This document shows positions 1 through 8,176 of a DNA stretch of 64,000 nt, piece by piece. Within the stretch, counting starts at the first letter, position 1. The number at the start of each line of letters is the position of its first letter. The position numbers and the translations under genes are program-made. The DNA is from an uncultured Bacteroidota bacterium (GTDB lineage: Bacteria; Bacteroidota; Ignavibacteria; Kryptoniales; JAKASW01). The notes below the pieces were generated by a model. It was not told the origin of the DNA. It worked only from the letters and a program-made list of their open reading frames with translations, and ran no database searches. The stretch is taken from assembly GCA_963704305.1 (NCBI GenBank), contig OY969888.1, positions 27,168 to 91,167 of the forward strand, given 5' to 3'.

Positions 1-640
1 TGAGCCGTCTTAATGACGTTTACCCATTGATCGGCGCCGATCTTATCCGCGAACATTTTCTCCCGGACGCGCTCGCTGAATATCTCAGCTCCGCCACCGG
101 GCATCGCATCGAGTCCCGCCTCTTTCAAATCCATCAGAACCTTCTCTACCGACAGGTCGTAAAGTCTTGCAAAGAAATCTATCTCCACCGCAGTAAATGC
201 CTTGATGTGAATCTTCCGATTTATCTCCTTTATTCCGCGGAGCATCTTGATATAGTAATCATAAGGAAGTCCGTTATGCAGGCCGCCGACGATATGCATC
301 TCAGTTATGTCGTCTTTCTCGTCTTCGATTTTTCTGAAGATCTCGTCGAGTTCCATTAGATAAGCTCCGGCCTGCCCTTCCTTGCGGTAAAAGGAGCAGA
401 ACTTACAATCAAGCTCGCAGATGTTCGTGTAGTTAAGAACATAGTTCTTGACGAAGTAAGTGTTCGATCCGTTGATTCTTTCGCGAACAATGTTTGCGAG
501 ATGACCAAGCGCCAGGAGATTGTCTGTGTTGTAGAGTCTTATCCCGTCGTCGCGGTCGAGCCGCTCGCCGGCCTTCACCTTCTCGTAGATGTCTTCGAGT
601 TCACCGAACACACTTGCGTGTTCCAGAAATTCATAACTCA
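1..640 (-). CDS. radical SAM enzyme of the futalosine-pathway menaquinone family (MqnE/MqnC-like); 3' end cut by the window edge
   Basis: I translated the minus strand from the ATG at 640 myself: MSYEFLEHASVFGELEDIYEKVKAGERLDRDDGIRLYNTDNLLALGHLANIVRERINGSNTYFVKNYVLNYTNICELDCKFCSFYRKEG... It carries the CxxxCxxC radical-SAM motif (CELDCKFC). The frame stays open to base 1, which is why it is missing from the ORF track. The listed 27..359 + ORF is its antisense shadow. Confidence 0.75.
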
Positions 641-667
641 TAGCTGACGGCTGACTGCTGAATGCTG

Positions 668-1006
668 TCATGTGGTTTTCTGTCGGACTGCCTTGCTCGC
701 CAGATCTCTTAGGTAGAATAATTTCGCTCGTCGGACCTTACCGCCGCGCATGACTTCGATCTTGGCAATGCGGGGAGAATGCACAGGGAAAATTCTTTCC
801 ACTCCGACTCCGTTGGAAATCTTGCGGACGGTGAACGTTTCTTTCAGTCCCGCTCCACGACGGCTGATGACAATACCTTCAAAGTCCTGGATGCGTTCCT
901 TGTCGCCTTCAACAACCTTGAAGCGTACGTTGATCGTATCGCCCGGCCGGAATTGCGGCAAATCTGTTTTCAAGTGAGCTGCTTCGACTAATGATACTTT
1001 ATTCAT
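668..1006 (-). CDS. rplS: 50S ribosomal protein L19
   Basis: [80 protein letters not shown] is a classic L19 sequence. I moved the start to the internal ATG at 1006, 8 nt inside the trmD stop. The longer track ORF adds a non-L19 N-terminus. Confidence 0.93.
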   Translation of the reverse strand: MNKVSLVEAAHLKTDLPQFRPGDTINVRFKVVEGDKERIQDFEGIVISRRGAGLKETFTVRKISNGVGVERIFPVHSPRIAKIEVMRGGKVRRAKLFYLRDLASKAVRQKTT

Positions 1007-1739
1007 GATTTTTCTCCAGTTTCTCAATCTTATCCCGCTCCACGCGAGAAAAATATTTATCAAATAAATCCGGCCTGCGTTTCGTGGTACGCATGACACT
1101 CATTTCTTCACGCCACTTCCTCACTTCTTCGTGATCACCGCTGAGCAAGACCTGCGGGACTTTCATACCCATGAATTCTGCGGGCCTGGTATATTGAGGC
1201 GAATCAAGAAGACCTGATTGGAAAGAATCGTTCAATGCACTTTCGCTGTCACCAAGCGCTCCGGGCAAGAGTCTTACAATGGAATCGATCACGGCAAGCG
1301 CCGCAATCTCTCCGCCGGTCAGGACATAATCACCGATCGAAAGCTCTCTCGTGACAATGCGTTCCCTGATTCGTTCATCAACACCTTTGTAGTGCCCGCA
1401 AATGAAAATAAGGCTCTGTTTCAAGGACAGCTCGTTTGCAGTCGCCTGATTGAATGTCTCCCCGTCAGCGGTCAGGAGAATTACGTCGTCGTACGTTCGC
1501 TCAGACAAGAGCTTTTCAACACATTCAAAGACGGGCTCGGGCTTCAGCACCATTCCAGCTCCACCGCCATAAGGCGAGTCATCTACCGTTTTGTGTTTGT
1601 CGTGTGCATATTCTCGGAGATCGTGGACAAAAATTTCTACGACGCCCCGCTCCTTGGCCTTCTTTAACATGCTCTCCTCGAGGGGACCTCCAACCATTTT
1701 TGGAAATGCCGTGACAACGTCAATTCTAATCGATGCCAC
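999..1739 (-). CDS. trmD: tRNA (guanine37-N1)-methyltransferase
   Basis: [12 protein letters not shown]..., [17 protein letters not shown] and [14 protein letters not shown] are TrmD hallmarks. It sits in the conserved rimM-trmD-rplS order. Confidence 0.93.
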   Translation of the reverse strand: MASIRIDVVTAFPKMVGGPLEESMLKKAKERGVVEIFVHDLREYAHDKHKTVDDSPYGGGAGMVLKPEPVFECVEKLLSERTYDDVILLTADGETFNQATANELSLKQSLIFICGHYKGVDERIRERIVTRELSIGDYVLTGGEIAALAVIDSIVRLLPGALGDSESALNDSFQSGLLDSPQYTRPAEFMGMKVPQVLLSGDHEEVRKWREEMSVMRTTKRRPDLFDKYFSRVERDKIEKLEKNHE

Positions 1740-2283
1740 CTTCGACCATTCCTTCGATCAACCAGACTTTTATTTCTTTATTCTCGAGATTCACTTTCTT
1801 TACGAATTCGTTCACGAACGGAAGGTTGAATACCTGACCACCCGGCGTGTTGACAAGAAGAAGGTTCTGAGCAGAATTTGAAATTACATCGGACACTATG
1901 CCGACCATGTTCCCTTCCAAATCTCTCACATTCATCCCGATCAATGAATCGATGAAGTAAGTATTAGCCGGCAAAGTTCCCCTTTCGGATTCCGGAATCA
2001 AGAGTTCCGCACCAACAAAAGAAGACGCCACTTCAAAAGAACTTACATCTTTCAGTTTCAACACAACGTAATCATTTACCATTTCGATTCTTTCTACTTC
2101 ATATTCTAAGACTTCAGGTGCGTTTCGCTTCCGAAGGAAAGCACGTTTCATTTCTGTGAAACGGGCCGGAACGTCGCTCAACGATTGGACCTTCAGATCT
2201 CCTTTGCTTCCTCTCACCTTTCTCACAGTTCCGATGAGAACAAAATCTGCGGTCCCTTCTTGTGCAAACGGATTCATTGACAT
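1726..2283 (-). CDS. rimM: 16S rRNA processing protein RimM
   Basis: FVLIGTVRKVRGSKGDLKV (N-terminal barrel) and a C-terminal PRC-barrel-like region; lies directly upstream of trmD. The start is uncertain (ATG at 2283 or 2277); the track ORF reaches 2328. Confidence 0.85.
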   Translation of the reverse strand: MSMNPFAQEGTADFVLIGTVRKVRGSKGDLKVQSLSDVPARFTEMKRAFLRKRNAPEVLEYEVERIEMVNDYVVLKLKDVSSFEVASSFVGAELLIPESERGTLPANTYFIDSLIGMNVRDLEGNMVGIVSDVISNSAQNLLLVNTPGGQVFNLPFVNEFVKKVNLENKEIKVWLIEGMVEGGID

Positions 2284-2356
2284 CTGGCGATAACTTACAC
2301 AACGATCCCGGTTATTGCCAGGACACAAAAGATGCAGGCTAATGACGATCTGCGAC

Positions 2357-2596
2357 TTATGGCTTGTCTATGATTTCAAGGATGGCGCGCTTGCCCTCCC
2401 GAGCCGCGACAGCGCTTAAGAGAGTCCGAATCGCGTTGGCAGTCCTTCCCTTCCGGCCGATCACTTTACCCACATCTTCAGGATCGACCTTCAATTGAAA
2501 AACCACCTTGTTGGGTTCCTTCTCTTCCTGAGTCAACTGAACGCCATCAGGTTTGTCCACAAGTTTCTTGATTACGTATTCGACGAAGTCATGCAT
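2357..2596 (-). CDS. KH-domain RNA-binding protein (YlqC/UPF0109 family)
   Basis: 79 aa with GKVIGRKGRTANAIRTLL (the GxxG KH motif), in the usual position between rpsP and rimM. Confidence 0.85.
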   Translation of the reverse strand: MHDFVEYVIKKLVDKPDGVQLTQEEKEPNKVVFQLKVDPEDVGKVIGRKGRTANAIRTLLSAVAAREGKRAILEIIDKP

Positions 2597-2864
2597 GGCG
2601 GACCTCCTTTTTCACCTGAGCCTGGTAACCATCCCGACCACGGCCGGGACCGCTTCAAGCCATCCTCCCGCTAAACCAGGGGAAGAGCAGCTGAAAACTC
2701 ACCGAACTTAGCCCGCGCTTTTCTCCTTTCGGCAAGAACCCGACTTTCGCCGGGACCAACTCTTTAGTTCGCCTTGATCCGAAGTTCATGACGCACATCA
2801 TATTTGAGTGGGCAGCCACGAACCTCATATGAAGCATGGCACAACATGCGCCGTTCAGATTCTC
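2597..2864 (-). other. structured intra-operon spacer containing a duplicated hairpin module
   Basis: CCCGAC-N4-GCCGGGACC occurs at both 2633-2651 and 2739-2757, and the two copies differ only in the 4-nt loop. Complementary CCTGGT (2621-2626) and ACCAGG (2675-2680) enclose the first copy. No credible ORF is present. Confidence 0.35.
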
Positions 2865-3341
2865 TCACGCGGTAGGTTGCTCGGGTGCGGTCGCCACCGC
2901 AGGCTGCGGACTCGTCCCGCCCTGCGGGGCCGGCGCGGCTTCAGCGGCCTTCTTTGCTTCCCTTGCCTTCTTCGCCACCTTACGCCTCTCTTTGCGTTCC
3001 GCGTCCCGCGCAAGCTTGGCGGCCTGGCCCGCTTGCCATTCGGCCAGCTTCTGCGTGATAGTGGAATCGTCCAGAGCTTTCTTCATGAGGTGCCACTTGT
3101 ACCACAAACCTGACTTACGAAGCAGACTTCTCACGGTGTCGCTCGGCAGAGCACCGCGCTTCAACCACTTGAACGCTTTCTCCTCGTGGAACTTTATCTC
3201 TGCCGGATTTCTCAGGGGGTTATAAGTTCCAACGACCTCGATAAAACGGCCATCGCGAGGCGAGCGCGAATCCGCGGCGACAACTTGATAGGCTGGCTGG
3301 TTACGCCGTCCAGCTCTTCGTAGCCTTAATCTTACTGCCAA
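2865..3341 (-). CDS. rpsP: 30S ribosomal protein S16 with a Lys/Ala-rich C-terminal extension
   Basis: MAVRLRLRRAGRRNQPAYQVVAADSRSPRDGRFIEVVGTYNPL is the canonical S16 N-terminus. At 158 aa it carries a basic tail (ERKERRKVAKKAREAKKAAEAA). Confidence 0.92.
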   Translation of the reverse strand: MAVRLRLRRAGRRNQPAYQVVAADSRSPRDGRFIEVVGTYNPLRNPAEIKFHEEKAFKWLKRGALPSDTVRSLLRKSGLWYKWHLMKKALDDSTITQKLAEWQAGQAAKLARDAERKERRKVAKKAREAKKAAEAAPAPQGGTSPQPAVATAPEQPTA

Positions 3342-3442
3342 ATATTCCTCCGAATTTTAGAGTGCTGTCGAAATTTCTTTTTCACATTCCGAATAAATGC
3401 AGGCGCCCGCCGAGGACCACGCCTCGTTTGGAGCGAGAAGCC

Positions 3443-4750
3443 TTATCGTCCAACTGAGTGTCGCTTTCCTCTGGAGAGAGTCTTGAACATTCTCTGCATT
3501 TCCGAAAACTGTTTCAGAAGCTTGTTGATATCCTGAACTGTCGTGCCGCTTCCTGCAGCAATTCTTCTTCGTCGCCTGCCGTCGATGATATGAGGTTTGT
3601 CCCGCTCTTCCAAAGTCATCGAGCTGATGATCGCTTCTATTCTGACGAGCGCTTTCTCATCGACTGTTGTATTTCTGATGGCGCTCGAAACTCCAGGTAT
3701 CATGGATAATACATCTTTGAGCGGCCCCATCTTCTTTATCTCTCTCAACTGATCTCTGAAATCTTCAAGGTTAAACTCATTTCTACGGAGACGCTGCTCA
3801 AGTTTTTCTGCCTTCTTGTCGTCCACCTGCTGCTGAACTTTTTCGACAAGCGTGACAACATCACCCATCCCGAGTATTCGCGAAGCCATTCTGTCAGGAT
3901 GGAACACCTCAAGCTGGTCAAGCTTTTCGCCAAGGCTGACAAACTTGATCGGCTTCTGGACAACCGACCTTACGGACAGCGCCGCTCCACCGCGTGCATC
4001 TCCATCTAATTTGGTAAGTACCACACCGCTGAAGTTCAGTCGGCGATTAAATTCGAGAGCAGTGTTGACCGCATCCTGTCCGGTCATCGAATCAACCACG
4101 AACAAGATCTGATGCGGATTTACTGCAGATCTCACCGCCTCTGCCTCACGCATCATCTCCTCGTCGACGTGAAGTCTACCGGCAGTATCAATGATCGCAA
4201 TGTTGCGAGCGTTCATCCTGGCATAAGCAATTGACTTTGCAGCGATGTCAACTGCCGACGATCCGCGCTCGAGATAGACCGGGACACTAATTTGTTTGCC
4301 TAGTGTTTCCAGCTGGTCGATAGCCGCAGGTCTGTGGACGTCACAAGCCACGAGGAGCGGATAATGTCCCTTTGTCTTGAGATGATCTGCGAGTTTCGCG
4401 GCAAATGTAGTTTTGCCGGAACCCTGCAATCCGGCGATCATAATGACATTCGGGATATCTTGGGTCAGCTCGAGTTCGCTCGAAGTCCCACCGAGGGTTT
4501 GCACGAGTTCATCGTAAACAATTTTGACAAAGACCTGTCCGGGATTCAAGCTCTTTACGACATTTTTCCCGATAGCGTTCTTCTGAACCTCTTCGGTGAA
4601 CTGCCGGGCGACTTTGTAATTGACATCGGCTTCAAGGAGTGCGCGACGCACTTCTCTAACCGCATCGGAAACGTTTTGTTCCGAAATGCGCGCCTGGCCG
4701 CTCAGTCGATGAAAGATAGACTCGAATTTTTCTGAAATTTGCTCAAACAT
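3443..4750 (-). CDS. ffh: signal recognition particle protein Ffh
   Basis: GLQGSGKTTFAAKLA P-loop, DTAGRL, TKLDGDARGG and a Met-rich M domain (MGDVVTLVEK..., MGPL...MIPG). Confidence 0.95.
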   Translation of the reverse strand: MFEQISEKFESIFHRLSGQARISEQNVSDAVREVRRALLEADVNYKVARQFTEEVQKNAIGKNVVKSLNPGQVFVKIVYDELVQTLGGTSSELELTQDIPNVIMIAGLQGSGKTTFAAKLADHLKTKGHYPLLVACDVHRPAAIDQLETLGKQISVPVYLERGSSAVDIAAKSIAYARMNARNIAIIDTAGRLHVDEEMMREAEAVRSAVNPHQILFVVDSMTGQDAVNTALEFNRRLNFSGVVLTKLDGDARGGAALSVRSVVQKPIKFVSLGEKLDQLEVFHPDRMASRILGMGDVVTLVEKVQQQVDDKKAEKLEQRLRRNEFNLEDFRDQLREIKKMGPLKDVLSMIPGVSSAIRNTTVDEKALVRIEAIISSMTLEERDKPHIIDGRRRRRIAAGSGTTVQDINKLLKQFSEMQRMFKTLSRGKRHSVGR

Positions 4751-4852
4751 TTGTCTGAAGATTCAAAAATTGCCTGGAAATTTACGCAAAATAAGAGATT
4801 GTTGCAAACTCCCATAGCATTTGAAAAAGTGTGGCAGGCGAAAACAATCTTA

Positions 4853-4886
4853 TGAATAGAATAAAGCCCCGCGAGATGTGGGGCTT
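4853..4886 (-). terminator. rho-independent terminator after pckA
   Basis: On the minus strand, just after the stop: AAGCCCC-ACATCTCGC-GGGGCTT, followed by the T-rich run TATTCTATTC. Confidence 0.7.
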
Positions 4887-4890
4887 GAAA

Positions 4891-6531
4891 TCAGACCCTC
4901 GGACCTGCCTCAATTACTTCTGGTGGGCAACCTGACTCGTACTTCTTGAAATTCTCAATGAATCGCGACGCGAGCTGCTTGTACTTGTTCTCGTACTCGC
5001 CTTTGCTCGGCCAGGAATTCGAGGGATCAAGAATGTTCGACGGGACTCCATCGCAAGTCGTCGGCACCTCAAAACCAAAGACGGGATCTTTCACGAACTT
5101 GGATTTGAGCAGCACGCCATCCAGCGCGGCGTTCAAAAGCGCACGGGTGTATCCGATACTGATTCTCTTGCCAACTCCGAAGGCGCCGCCGATCCATCCC
5201 GTATTCACGAGCCAGCAGTTCACTTTGTGGTTGATGATCTTGCGCTTGAGAATGTCGGCGTAGAAATACGGATGGTGTACCATGAAAGGTGCACCAAAGC
5301 AAGTGCTGAATGTCAGCTCCGGTTCCTTGCCGAGGCCGACTTCGGTTCCCGCAATCTTCGATGTGTAGCCCGAGATGAACTGGTAAATCGCCTGATCCGG
5401 GCTCAGCTTCGCGATCGGCGGCATCACTCCGGATGCATCACATGTCAGCAGTATGATGTTCCTCGGATGACCGCCCTTCTTTTCCGGCACCGCATTTTCA
5501 ATGTAGTCAAGTGGATAAGATGCTCGCGTGTTCTCTGTTACCGACTCATCATCCAGATCGATCATGCGAGTCACCGGATCGAACACAACGTTCTCGAGAA
5601 TCGTACCGAACTTTTTTGTCGTGGCAAAGATCTCCGGCTCAGCCGATTCGGAAAGCCGTATGACTTTCGCGTAGCACCCGCCCTCATAATTGAAGACGCC
5701 ATCGTCGCTCCAGCCATGCTCATCGTCTCCGATCAACCTGCGTTTGGGATCGGCAGACAGTGTGGTCTTCCCGGTGCCGGACAATCCGAAAAAGATTGCA
5801 CTGTCTCCATCTCTGCCAATGTTGGCGGAACTGTGCATCGACATCACGCCCTGCAGCGGAAGAAGAAAGTTCAAAACGGTGAAGACAGATTTTTTTATTT
5901 CGCCCGCATATGCCGTATTCCCGATAATACAAACACGACGAGCAAAATTAAGAACGATGAAAGTCTCCGTTGCCGAAGCGTCGATTTGCGGAACACCTTT
6001 GAATGATGGTACAGCTATTATCGTGAAATCAGGAACGTGCCGTCTGTATTCTTCATTGGTCTTCGGCAAGATGAACATGTTCCTTGCGAAAAGAGCATGC
6101 CATGCTTTCTCCGCAACGATTCGTACCGGCATTTGATATTCCGCGTCGGCTCCGACATAACAGTCCTGGACAAACAAATCTCTGCCTTGCAGAAAGCCAA
6201 GCAGACGATCGTAGAGTCCGTCAAACTTGTCCGAGCTGAATGGTCTGTTGTATTGTCCCCACCAAATCTTGTCCTCAGTGGATGGCTCCCTTACGATGTA
6301 TTTGTCAGCTGCGGCGCGAGCGGTATGCTTACCTGTATTTGCTACGACCGGACCGAGGCGTGTTATTCTCGCTTCATTACGGAAAGTGATTTCTTCATAA
6401 AGCGCTTCAGTCGGAAGGTTCCAATATGACATCCTAAGATTCGTGATACCATGGTTATCCAGGCCGTAGTCGCTCTTTAATGCCTTCGCCTCGCTCTCAG
6501 CCGGCGTTTTGATATTCAAAAGATTATTCAT
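4891..6531 (-). CDS. pckA: phosphoenolpyruvate carboxykinase (ATP)
   Basis: GLSGTGKTTLS kinase-1a loop, IGDDEHGW, and length and overall sequence typical of ATP-PEPCK. I set the start at the ATG at 6531, which forms an ATGA overlap with the upstream aminotransferase stop. Confidence 0.93.
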   Translation of the reverse strand: MNNLLNIKTPAESEAKALKSDYGLDNHGITNLRMSYWNLPTEALYEEITFRNEARITRLGPVVANTGKHTARAAADKYIVREPSTEDKIWWGQYNRPFSSDKFDGLYDRLLGFLQGRDLFVQDCYVGADAEYQMPVRIVAEKAWHALFARNMFILPKTNEEYRRHVPDFTIIAVPSFKGVPQIDASATETFIVLNFARRVCIIGNTAYAGEIKKSVFTVLNFLLPLQGVMSMHSSANIGRDGDSAIFFGLSGTGKTTLSADPKRRLIGDDEHGWSDDGVFNYEGGCYAKVIRLSESAEPEIFATTKKFGTILENVVFDPVTRMIDLDDESVTENTRASYPLDYIENAVPEKKGGHPRNIILLTCDASGVMPPIAKLSPDQAIYQFISGYTSKIAGTEVGLGKEPELTFSTCFGAPFMVHHPYFYADILKRKIINHKVNCWLVNTGWIGGAFGVGKRISIGYTRALLNAALDGVLLKSKFVKDPVFGFEVPTTCDGVPSNILDPSNSWPSKGEYENKYKQLASRFIENFKKYESGCPPEVIEAGPRV

Positions 6532-7745
6532 AGCCAGTCCCTCACAAGCTTTCTTTCGCCAATATAGATCTCTTTCGGCGAACTCGGATCGAGTGCCCAT
6601 TTTATTCGCTCAACGCCTTCGGTCACGTCCTTGATCGATCCGGCATAACTCAACCGCAGATGTCCCTCCATGCCGAATTCTTTACCGGGCACGGTAACAA
6701 CGAGCGCTTTCTTCAAGAGGAGCTCGCAAAGCTTGACGGAGTCTTTTGAATAAGCGGAGAAATCGGGCAGACAGTAGTAGGTGCCGTCAGGTTTGGTCGT
6801 CTTCACTCCGTTGAAGGAGTTAAGTTCCTGCATCATTACATCTCGATTGTTCTGAAGAGTCAAACGAAGGCTCTCGACTGCGCTTTGCAATCCAGTCAAC
6901 GCTCCCTCGGCGGCTGCTTGAAGAAGAACTGCAGTGCATGACGTGATCTGGCTTTGAACGTTTGTCATTATTCCTACGAGTTTCCTGTTTGTGATCGCCC
7001 AACCGATGCGAAAGCCGGTCATGCCGTAAAGTTTCGAAACTCCGTTTATGACTATGATGTGGGTCGATTCAATGTCCTTCGTCGTATGCTTATATGCAGA
7101 CGGAGCTTTTTTTCCATCAAAGACCAATTTGTGATAAATATCGTCCATGATGATGTAGATGTCCTTCTTTTCACAATATTCCACGAGCTCTGCAATGAAC
7201 TCTTCGGAGTACATCACTCCGGAAGGATTGTTCGGGCTATTTACAATTATCGCTCTGGTGTAGGAACTGACGGCCTTCAGAATATCTTCCATCCGCGGAT
7301 GGAAGCTGCCGTCTTCCGGCGTAACTATCACGGGAACGCCGTAGACCATCCTTACCATTTCAGGATAGCTTACCCAATAAGGGGCAAGTATGATGACCTC
7401 ATCTTGCGGATTCAGTAACGAATAGAGAACGTTGTACACGGACTGTTTTGCGCCGGCTGAGACTATGACATTTTCCGGGGCGACCACTCTATCATAATTT
7501 TCCTCTGTGTAACGTATGATCGCCTTCTTCAACGACGGGACTCCATCTGTCGGAGTGTACTTGATGTCTGCAGTGTTCAACTTTGCCGCTGCACTAAGTA
7601 TGGCAGAAATCGGAGCTTTGTTTTTGGGTTCACCCGCTCCGAGGTGAATAACTGCTTCGCCCTTCTCCTTTAATAATCTGGCTTCCTCATTCAACTTTAG
7701 TGTCGGCGACTCAGCAATCGATTTCGCAAGCTGACTTACGCTCAT
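6528..7745 (-). CDS. class I/II PLP-dependent aminotransferase (aspartate aminotransferase-like)
   Basis: NSPNNPSG and SKLYGMTGFRIGW (PLP lysine), 405 aa. Confidence 0.88.
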   Translation of the reverse strand: MSVSQLAKSIAESPTLKLNEEARLLKEKGEAVIHLGAGEPKNKAPISAILSAAAKLNTADIKYTPTDGVPSLKKAIIRYTEENYDRVVAPENVIVSAGAKQSVYNVLYSLLNPQDEVIILAPYWVSYPEMVRMVYGVPVIVTPEDGSFHPRMEDILKAVSSYTRAIIVNSPNNPSGVMYSEEFIAELVEYCEKKDIYIIMDDIYHKLVFDGKKAPSAYKHTTKDIESTHIIVINGVSKLYGMTGFRIGWAITNRKLVGIMTNVQSQITSCTAVLLQAAAEGALTGLQSAVESLRLTLQNNRDVMMQELNSFNGVKTTKPDGTYYCLPDFSAYSKDSVKLCELLLKKALVVTVPGKEFGMEGHLRLSYAGSIKDVTEGVERIKWALDPSSPKEIYIGERKLVRDWL

Positions 7746-8176
7746 TTTCTTACATGATCTCCTTTTGAGTTATGATTCTACTGTTGGAAGCTAGAAATAC
7801 AGAATCTCTAATTCCAAGGTCTTCTATCTAAAATCTATTCGACAAATACGGGCGTCGATGCCCACAGCGTGACGGCGCGTTCGATCAAAAATCTGAGCGC
7901 AGGCTGTCTACTGGATAAAGGAATCTATTTTCAAAGGGAACCTGTCTCCTTGTTCTCCTCCCGACAAGGCTGTGCCTAAGATTGATGCTCGTGTCGGATG
8001 ATCTCTTGAGGAAACAAGTTTATCGACATTTCAGTATAAAAAGTTTGTTTGTCTCCTGCAAGTTTTCCCGAACTGCGGAACCTCAGACGAATTCAATACT
8101 CCAAGTTCAGCTTGTTTTTGGGACCAATTAGGTGTAAAATATAGGCCACATTGTTAATCAAAATATTGGACCGAAA

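Noticed and set aside
2655-3225. Track ORFs 2655..2837(-), 2808..3113(+) and 2836..3225(+), plus an SRP-RNA-like string CCAGGGGAAGAGCAGC near 2676-2691
   Set aside because: The plus-strand ORFs are antisense shadows of rpsP (Ala/Arg-rich). The 60-aa minus ORF has no protein-like features. The SRP-like string lacks the helix-8 stem flanking a GNRA loop (compare CAGG-UCC-GGAA-GGA-AGCA), so it is not ffs despite its closeness to ffh.
5227-6006. 259-aa plus-strand ORF (with others at 4946..5263, 5690..6136 and 6037..6429) opposite pckA
   Set aside because: Antisense to a strongly supported pckA, with Arg-rich, low-complexity translations. These are typical shadow ORFs.
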